Position numbers and translations under genes: made by a program. 13,341 nucleotides of DNA from an uncultured Deinococcales bacterium (lineage in GTDB: Bacteria > Deinococcota > Deinococci > Deinococcales > JAAFIG01). Within the stretch, counting starts at the first letter, position 1. Each line of letters opens with the position of its first letter. The notes below the pieces were generated by a model that had not been told where the DNA came from, did no database searches, and worked only from the letters and a program-made list of their open reading frames with translations. The DNA lies in the NCBI GenBank assembly GCA_964244895.1, contig CAXTKV010000141.1, positions 865 through 14,205 on the forward strand, read 5' to 3'. Positions 8,048 through 13,341 of this stretch are shown here, piece after piece.

Positions 8048-10018
8048 ATGTCGAAAGTCCGAATCCACGCGCTGGCCAAAGAGCTGGGCGTCGAAAGCAA
8101 ACGAATGCTCGAGATCATCGCGGGCCTGGGTGTCGAAGCCAAAACCGCCTCGAGCAGCATCGACGAGGAGACCGCAGAGGCCATCAAGAGCCTGATCGCC
8201 GAGGAAGCCAAGGCCGCCGCCGCGCCGAAAGCATCGGCCAGACCGTCTGCCAAGGCCGAAGCCAAAACCCCCGAAGCGGTCGCGCAACCCGTGGCTCCGG
8301 TCGAGGCTGCAATCGAGGCCGAGGTTCCCGTGCAGGCTGCCCAGCCCGACCCGAGCAAGAACGCGAAACCCGAAGTGAAACCCGCACCCAAACCCGAAGT
8401 GAAACCCGTCGAGGCGAAGGTCGAACCGAAAGTCGCGAGCGTTCCCGAAGTCTCGAGGAACACCCTGCCGCACCGCGCGCCCGTGATCACGATCATGGGT
8501 CACGTCGACCACGGCAAGACCAGCTTGCTGGACTACATCCGCAGCACCAAGGTCGCGGAGCGCGAGGCGGGCGGCATCACGCAGCACGTCGGTGCGTTCG
8601 AGGCCAACACCCCGAAAGGCAAGATCGTCTTCATCGACACGCCCGGCCACGAGGCCTTCACCAGCATCCGCGCGCGCGGCGCGCAAGTGGCCGACATCGC
8701 CGTGATCGTGATCGCGGCGGACGACAGCATCATGCCGCAAACCCGCGAGGCCATCGCGCACGCCAAGGCCGCCAAAGTGCCGATCGTGGTGGCCATCAAC
8801 AAGATCGACCTGCCCGGCGTCAACCCGGACAAGGTCATGCAGGACCTGACCAACGTCAACCTGATCCCGGAAGCCTACGGCGGCGACACGATCGTCGTGC
8901 CGATCAGCGCCAAAACCGGCAAGGGTGTGGACGACCTGCTCGAGAACCTGAGCCTCGTCGCGGAACTCGAGGATTTGCGCGCCGACCCGCAGGGCGACCT
9001 GAAGGGCGTGATCATCGAATCCAAGATCGACAAGCAGGCGGGCGTGCTGGCGACCGTGCTGGTGCAGGAAGGCACCGTCAAGGTCAGCGATTTCCTGGTC
9101 GTCGGCGAACTCTACGGCAAGATTCGCGCCATGACCGACTCCAACGGTGGGCGCGTCACGGAGGCCGGGCCGGGAACCGCCGTGCAGATCCTCGGGTTCG
9201 GCCAGACCCCGATCGCCGGAGAGATCGTCACCCGCGCCGCCAACGAACACGCCGCGCGCGAAGTCATCGCGGAACGCAAGGACACGCGCCGCGACGACGA
9301 GGACGCCACCGAACGCCGCAACACGCCCATCCAGCGCGGCGCAGCCGCAGGCATGACCCTGGAAGACATCCTGGGCAAGCCCGGCGAGGTCAAGGTCGAA
9401 GCCAAGGAAGTCAACCTGATCCTGCGCGCCGACACGCAAGGTTCGCTCGAGGCCCTCGAAGGCATTCTGGCGCGCGAATCGAACGATGAAGTGACCGTCA
9501 ACGTGATGTTCTCCGGCATCGGCAGCCCGACCGAGGGCGACGTACTGCTGGCCAGCACCGCCGACGCCAAGATCATGGCCTTCAACACGACCGCGCCCGG
9601 CAGCGTCCAGAAGATCGCGGAAAACAAGAAGCTCGAGATCAAGTCCTACCGCATCATCTACGAACTGATCGACGACGTCAAAAAGATGATGCGCGGCAAC
9701 ACCGGCCCCGTCATGGAAGACCGCGTCATCGGCAAGGCCGAAGTCCGCATGGTGATCCCCGTGCCGCGCACCAACGGCAACATCGCGGGTTCCTACGTCA
9801 CCGAAGGCAAGGTCTTGCGCGGTGCGAAGGTTCGGATTTTGCGCAAGAACAAGGAAATCCATCGCGGCCAGATTTCGGGTTTGAAGCGCTTCAAGGACGA
9901 TGCCCGCGAAGTCTTGCAGGGCTACGAGTGCGGCATCAACGTTTCCAACTTCGATAACTACGAGGTCGGGGATATCCTCGAGATCTCCGAGACCGTGGAA
10001 GTGCCGCAGGCGGTCTAA
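8048..10018 (+). CDS. infB: Translation initiation factor IF-2 (short form)
   Basis: RBS GGAGGT; N-terminal [13 protein letters not shown]-domain motifs [23 protein letters not shown] and NKID; C-terminal [16 protein letters not shown]. Confidence 0.99.
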   Translation: MSKVRIHALAKELGVESKRMLEIIAGLGVEAKTASSSIDEETAEAIKSLIAEEAKAAAAPKASARPSAKAEAKTPEAVAQPVAPVEAAIEAEVPVQAAQPDPSKNAKPEVKPAPKPEVKPVEAKVEPKVASVPEVSRNTLPHRAPVITIMGHVDHGKTSLLDYIRSTKVAEREAGGITQHVGAFEANTPKGKIVFIDTPGHEAFTSIRARGAQVADIAVIVIAADDSIMPQTREAIAHAKAAKVPIVVAINKIDLPGVNPDKVMQDLTNVNLIPEAYGGDTIVVPISAKTGKGVDDLLENLSLVAELEDLRADPQGDLKGVIIESKIDKQAGVLATVLVQEGTVKVSDFLVVGELYGKIRAMTDSNGGRVTEAGPGTAVQILGFGQTPIAGEIVTRAANEHAAREVIAERKDTRRDDEDATERRNTPIQRGAAAGMTLEDILGKPGEVKVEAKEVNLILRADTQGSLEALEGILARESNDEVTVNVMFSGIGSPTEGDVLLASTADAKIMAFNTTAPGSVQKIAENKKLEIKSYRIIYELIDDVKKMMRGNTGPVMEDRVIGKAEVRMVIPVPRTNGNIAGSYVTEGKVLRGAKVRILRKNKEIHRGQISGLKRFKDDAREVLQGYECGINVSNFDNYEVGDILEISETVEVPQAV

Positions 10019-10037
10019 AGTCCACGAGTTGAATCAT

Positions 10038-10068
10038 CAAAAGACACCGTTTTGAACGGTGTCTTTTG
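10038..10068. terminator. Probable bidirectional intrinsic terminator after infB
   Basis: CAAAAGACACCGTT-TTG-AACGGTGTCTTTTG, with A and T tracts on either side, 19 nt after the infB stop. Confidence 0.8.
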
Positions 10069-10099
10069 GTTTGTGCCACTTTCTGCTGGCTCGAGTCTG

Positions 10100-10124
10100 G
10101 AGGGCGAACACAAGGTTCGCCCTC
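10100..10124. repeat. REP-like hairpin
   Basis: GAGGGCGAAC-ACAAG-GTTCGCCCTC, a perfect 10-bp stem. Confidence 0.55.
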
Positions 10125-10192
10125 ACCAGGACACGTTTTCGCCACGTCGCACTGCACGAGTCTCGAGAGCGGCGACCCTCCGTCATCAGCCG

Positions 10193-10219
10193 AGGGCGCG
10201 CAGCGATGCCGTGCCCTAC
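10193..10219 (-). repeat. GTAG-type REP-like imperfect palindrome
   Basis: The minus strand reads GTAGGGCACGGCATCGCTGCGCGCCCT, a GTAG tetranucleotide followed by a GC-rich imperfect hairpin. Confidence 0.5.
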
Positions 10220-10244
10220 TTGGCAGGGGAGGCAAAAACGGGGG

Positions 10245-10303
10245 CTCGAGAAGACCGTCGAGGACGCATTTTCTCGAGATCGGAGAACGCCGTCTGGGAC
10301 GGT
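10245..10303. repeat. Paired palindromic intergenic element
   Basis: CTCGAGAAG-ACCGTCGAGGACGCA-TTTTCTCGAG (core 10254-10268) and GCCGTCTGGGACGGT (10289-10303). Confidence 0.85.
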
Positions 10304-10307
10304 CTTT

Positions 10308-11582
10308 TTACGCGTCGGCCCGAGCGGGTGCGGGCACTGGAACCTCGAGATTCAGGCGCTCGAGGATTCGCGCTGCGAGCCGCGCCGCAGCGCCGGGCGG
10401 TGGCATGGTCGCCAGCAGTTGGGATCGGATGCGTTCGCGTTCGGGTGCGTTCTGCAAAAGCTGAATCGAGGCCCGAGCGATGTCCTCCGGCGTGACGTTG
10501 CCGCGCAGTTCGGGCTGGATGGGTTGGTCGGCGATCATGTTCGGCAGGGCCACGAATTTGAAGCGCGCGAGCGCCGTCTCGACGAGCTTGCGCTTGATGA
10601 CTGGCCCGACGCCGGGGATCAATCCCAGGTAACGCAACGGGTTTTCAATCGGGATCAGTTCCATCTTCTGCAACGGCAAGCACACGACGCTGGGCGCGTG
10701 CGCGATGCCCAATTCCAGCGTGTTCGTGCCGGGAATCGTCAGGGCCAGATCCGCGATTTTCATCAGGCCGTAACGGTCTTCTTCGTTCGCTACCCGTATC
10801 TTCGTGCCGGACGGCGCGACCAGCCACCGTTCGCTCGAGCCGTCGCCCTCGAGCCGGGTCGGGACGCCGCCCACGTCCAGCACCTTCTGGCCGGAAAGCG
10901 CGGTCTGAATGGCGGAATCCTCGAGCAGTCTCGAGCGCGGCCAGTGGAACCGAACGCCGGGAATGGAAGCGCCGATGCGTTCGGCGGCGGCGGCGAACAG
11001 GGGCAGCATGTGCTCGACCTCGAAGCGCCTCGAGCCCGCCATCACGAGCACGTCCAGGCCCGAGGGTTTGGCCGGTGCGCGTTCCGCCTGGAGCGCGTCC
11101 GCGACCAGATTGCCGATGTTCTCGATCCGATCCTGCGGGCCGGAACGGCTCGCTTTTTCCAGCGTGCGCGCGTCGTGAACGAACAATCGCTCCAAGGAAT
11201 CCTTCCAGTACGGCTCGAACGAGTACCGCCAGGCCGGGTAGCCCAACCTGGACGCGATCCGTCCGGGAAAGCTCACGTCGCCGCCCAACCCCAGCACAAT
11301 TCCACTGGGGTGCTTGCTCGAGCCTTCAAAGGCGGCGGGTCTGGGGCCGCCCGCCATGAAGGCCAGGTTTTCCGCGACGGTGGACACGGCCTCGAACCCC
11401 AGTTCCCTGGCGATCCGCAATTCCTGCCCGGACGCGAACGGGCACGGCAGCAAGCCCAGCACGACCCGCAGATCCGTTCGGTTCGCGCGCAATGCCCTGA
11501 GCATCGGCCCGGCCCAGGTGTACAACTCACCGGGACCGTTGGTCAGCAGCACGATCTCGGCGGGCGCGGTGGCCTTACTCAA
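10308..11582 (-). CDS. lpxB: LpxB-like lipid-A-disaccharide synthase / GT-B glycosyltransferase
   Basis: Motifs LLTNGPGE, IGNLVAD, MAGSRRFEV, DLALTIPGTNTLELG and ALPNMIADQPIQPEL; immediately downstream of lpxA. The TTG start is uncertain and the protein is divergent from the enterobacterial type. Confidence 0.75.
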   Translation of the reverse strand: MSKATAPAEIVLLTNGPGELYTWAGPMLRALRANRTDLRVVLGLLPCPFASGQELRIARELGFEAVSTVAENLAFMAGGPRPAAFEGSSKHPSGIVLGLGGDVSFPGRIASRLGYPAWRYSFEPYWKDSLERLFVHDARTLEKASRSGPQDRIENIGNLVADALQAERAPAKPSGLDVLVMAGSRRFEVEHMLPLFAAAAERIGASIPGVRFHWPRSRLLEDSAIQTALSGQKVLDVGGVPTRLEGDGSSERWLVAPSGTKIRVANEEDRYGLMKIADLALTIPGTNTLELGIAHAPSVVCLPLQKMELIPIENPLRYLGLIPGVGPVIKRKLVETALARFKFVALPNMIADQPIQPELRGNVTPEDIARASIQLLQNAPERERIRSQLLATMPPPGAAARLAARILERLNLEVPVPAPARADA

Positions 11583-11587
11583 AGCAC

Positions 11588-11646
11588 ACCGTCCAGCACG
11601 CGTATCCTGAATCTCGAGAAAACGCGTCTGGGACGGTCTTCTCGAG
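11588..11646. repeat. Paired palindromic intergenic element
   Basis: ACCGTCCAGCACGCG (11588-11602) and CTCGAGAAAA-CGCGTCTGGGACGGT-CTTCTCGAG (core 11623-11637). Confidence 0.85.
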
Positions 11647-11670
11647 CGACGAGGCCCGAGAGGTCGGCTC

Positions 11671-11705
11671 CTGACCTTTGACCCCTAACCTCTGACCACT
11701 GACCA
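11671..11705. repeat. Heptamer tandem repeat YTRACCH x5
   Basis: CTGACCT TTGACCC CTAACCT CTGACCA CTGACCA, just after the lpxA stop. Confidence 0.75.
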
Positions 11706-11708
11706 TCC

Positions 11709-12509
11709 CTACCCCTTGCCCGCGAAGCCGGAAAGACCGCGAATGCTGGGCAGGTTGACGAATTCCAGGAAGTGCGCCAGGTGTTTGGAACGCGCGGCGG
11801 ATTCCCGGAACGCATCCAGCGATTCGCCGTTGCGCACGGCCTTAAAGGCGCTCTGAACCAGGCTGTAATCCTGGCCGCGAATGTTGCGCCGTTTCAGCCC
11901 GACCGCGTTCAGGCCGTAGTGCGCTGCCGGGTGACCGTCCACCAGGCTGTACGGCAGCACGTCGCGCGTGACCTTGGAGTTCATGCCGACCATGGCGTGC
12001 GCGCCGATCCTGGAAAACTGGTGAACCCCGACCGACACGCCGATCGTGACGTGATTTTCGATCACGACGTGCCCGGCGATCTGGACGCTGTTGGTGATCA
12101 CGTTCCAGTCGCCCACGATGCAGTTGTGCGTGATGTGGACGTACGCGGTGATGAAATTATCGTTTCCGATGCGGGTGATCTCGCCCTCGCCGCAGGCGCG
12201 GTGGATGGTCGTGAATTCGCGGATGGTGTTGCGGTCGCCGACCTCGAGGGCGCTCACTTCGCCCTTGAATTTCAAGTCCATCGGTTCGCCGCCGATGATG
12301 GCGTAGGTGCCGATGCGGTTGTCGCGTCCCAGGCGCGTGTACCGCCGCACCTGCGCGCCCGCCTCGAGGATCGTGCCCGCGCCGACGTGCGCGTCCTGTT
12401 CGATGATGCAGAACGGCCCGATGGTCACGCCCGCTTCGAGGATCGCGTCCGGGTGGACGATGGCGCTGGGATGGATCGTGGTGACGCTCGACCGAGCGGG
12501 TGCGCTCAT
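11709..12509 (-). CDS. lpxA: Acyl-ACP--UDP-N-acetylglucosamine O-acyltransferase LpxA
   Basis: Hexapeptide repeats IHPSAIVHP, EPMDLKFKGE, NTIREFTTIHR, HITHNC (catalytic His), IAGHV, VHQF and GLNAVGLKRR. Start 12509 was chosen from the -10 geometry and expected length (266 aa). Confidence 0.95.
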   Translation of the reverse strand: MSAPARSSVTTIHPSAIVHPDAILEAGVTIGPFCIIEQDAHVGAGTILEAGAQVRRYTRLGRDNRIGTYAIIGGEPMDLKFKGEVSALEVGDRNTIREFTTIHRACGEGEITRIGNDNFITAYVHITHNCIVGDWNVITNSVQIAGHVVIENHVTIGVSVGVHQFSRIGAHAMVGMNSKVTRDVLPYSLVDGHPAAHYGLNAVGLKRRNIRGQDYSLVQSAFKAVRNGESLDAFRESAARSKHLAHFLEFVNLPSIRGLSGFAGKG

Positions 12510-12516
12510 GCGGGTC

Positions 12517-12522
12517 ATCCTA
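12517..12522 (-). promoter_or_regulatory. Putative -10 element (TAGGAT) for leaderless lpxA
   Basis: The minus strand reads TAGGAT-gacccgc-ATG. Confidence 0.55.
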
Positions 12523-12663
12523 CCGCGCGATTCACCCGTGACGGGTCGGAATGCGGTGTGTGGGCTCATTTTTGTCCCGGAATTCAGCAAATGGTGCTCG
12601 AGAACGCGATTTCGGGCTCAATTGCTGATTTCGTTTCTCGAATTTCAAAAACCTTCAAAGAAG

Positions 12664-12713
12664 ACCGTCCTGGACGATACTCCTGGGGCTCGAGAAATCG
12701 TGTCCAGGACGGT
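12664..12713. repeat. Paired palindromic intergenic element
   Basis: gaagACCGTCCTGGACGAT (12664-12678) and CTCGAGAAAT-CGTGTCCAGGACGGT (12699-12713). Confidence 0.85.
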
Positions 12714-12724
12714 TCTGAACCAAT

Positions 12725-13159
12725 TCAGCCGACCGCGAACAGGATGTCCGCCTGAGAAACGACGTTCCCATCCACCAGCGCCCGGCAGTTAGTGCGGCCC
12801 AGGTTGCGCCGGAAATACTCGAGGCTGACCTCCAGGATCAACTGATCGCCGGGCACGACGGGTTTCTTGAAGCGCGCGTTCTCCACACCCGTCAGGAACG
12901 CCAGCTTGCCGCCCTCTAGGGCATCCTCGAACAAGAAAATTCCGGCCTGCGCCATGGTTTCCAGTTGCAGCACGCCCGGCATGATCGGACGGCCCGGAAA
13001 GTGACCCTGGCACCACGGTTCGTTGACCGTGACGTTCTTGAGGGCGCGCACGAGCGCCTGCCCGGCCTCGTTCTGCGTGATGTCCAGCACGCGATCGATC
13101 ATCAAGAACGGGTAGCGGTGCGGCAGTTTCTCGAGCACTTTTTGAATGTCGGCGGTCAT
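12725..13159 (-). CDS. fabZ: 3-hydroxyacyl-ACP dehydratase FabZ
   Basis: LPHRYPFLMIDRV, KNVTVNE, GHFPGRPIMPGVLQLETMAQ and FKKPVVPGD. Confidence 0.97.
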   Translation of the reverse strand: MTADIQKVLEKLPHRYPFLMIDRVLDITQNEAGQALVRALKNVTVNEPWCQGHFPGRPIMPGVLQLETMAQAGIFLFEDALEGGKLAFLTGVENARFKKPVVPGDQLILEVSLEYFRRNLGRTNCRALVDGNVVSQADILFAVG

Positions 13160-13165
13160 GCGAGA

Positions 13166-13171
13166 AGTGTA
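13166..13171 (-). promoter_or_regulatory. Putative -10 element (TACACT) for leaderless fabZ
   Basis: The minus strand reads TACACT-tctcgc-ATG with no SD sequence. Confidence 0.6.
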
Positions 13172-13200
13172 ACCCCGCAGGCTCGAGCGGGTTGGGGCGG

Positions 13201-13300
13201 GTGAAAGCCAAAAGGTGAAAGTGAAAGGTCGAGAACCTCGCCTACAGCGCGTCGAGGTCGTTGCTTTTCCCTTTGACCTTTTCCCTTATTCCCTTGTCCC
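13201..13300. repeat. Two opposed degenerate heptamer arrays
   Basis: A purine-rich run GTGAAAG CCAAAAG GTGAAA GTGAAAG (13201-13227) and a pyrimidine-rich run CTTTTCC CTTTGAC CTTTTCC CTTATTC (13264-13291) flank a CCTCG..CGAGG stem. Confidence 0.55.
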
Positions 13301-13341
13301 TCTCTCCTCGAGTCAGCCTTCATCGACACGCTCGTGAAACG

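Noticed and set aside
8366..8408. Duplicated AAACCCGAAGTGAAACCCG (KPEVKP x2) in infB
   Set aside because: Ordinary low-complexity variation in the IF2 N-terminal linker.
10019..10307. Absence of rbfA/truB after infB
   Set aside because: Operon composition varies among phyla, so this is not evidence of gene loss.
6427..11681. Long antisense ORFs (6427..7494, 7967..9862, 10059..11681 and similar)
   Set aside because: These are shadow frames opposite well-supported genes, expected in high-GC DNA, and show no recognisable motifs.
2045..12713. Paired palindromes as CRISPR repeats or integron attC sites
   Set aside because: They are dispersed between housekeeping genes with no repeat-spacer array. 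No cas or integrase gene is present, and there are no RYYYAAC/GTTRRRY ends.
13313..13341. Possible 3' end of an upstream minus-strand gene (FHERVDEG-stop), perhaps lpxC
   Set aside because: Only about 9 codons are visible, so it cannot be identified.

Overview
GC-rich bacterial chromosomal window, most consistent with Deinococcota. This is an inference from the short IF2, from -10 hexamers placed 6-7 nt before start codons, and from the Trp-repeat subtilase lipoprotein. Left to right it holds: 5'-truncated rsmA/ksgA with an in-frame 24-bp tandem repeat; two tandem paralogous ~150-aa genes of unrecognised family, both apparently leaderless; a minus-strand S8 subtilase lipoprotein with a ricin-B domain; a minus-strand beta-rich lipoprotein; the rimP-nusA-ylxR-infB operon with promoter, rimP-leader hairpin and terminator; and a convergent fabZ-lpxA-lpxB-like lipid A cluster. 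The most striking unexplained structure is a dispersed palindromic element (core ACCGTCnnnGACG[C/G]N) in almost every intergenic space from 2050 onward, mostly as inverted pairs 35-36 bp apart. CTCGAG is also extremely over-represented. LpxA has Met at the hydrocarbon-ruler position, which predicts short acyl chains.
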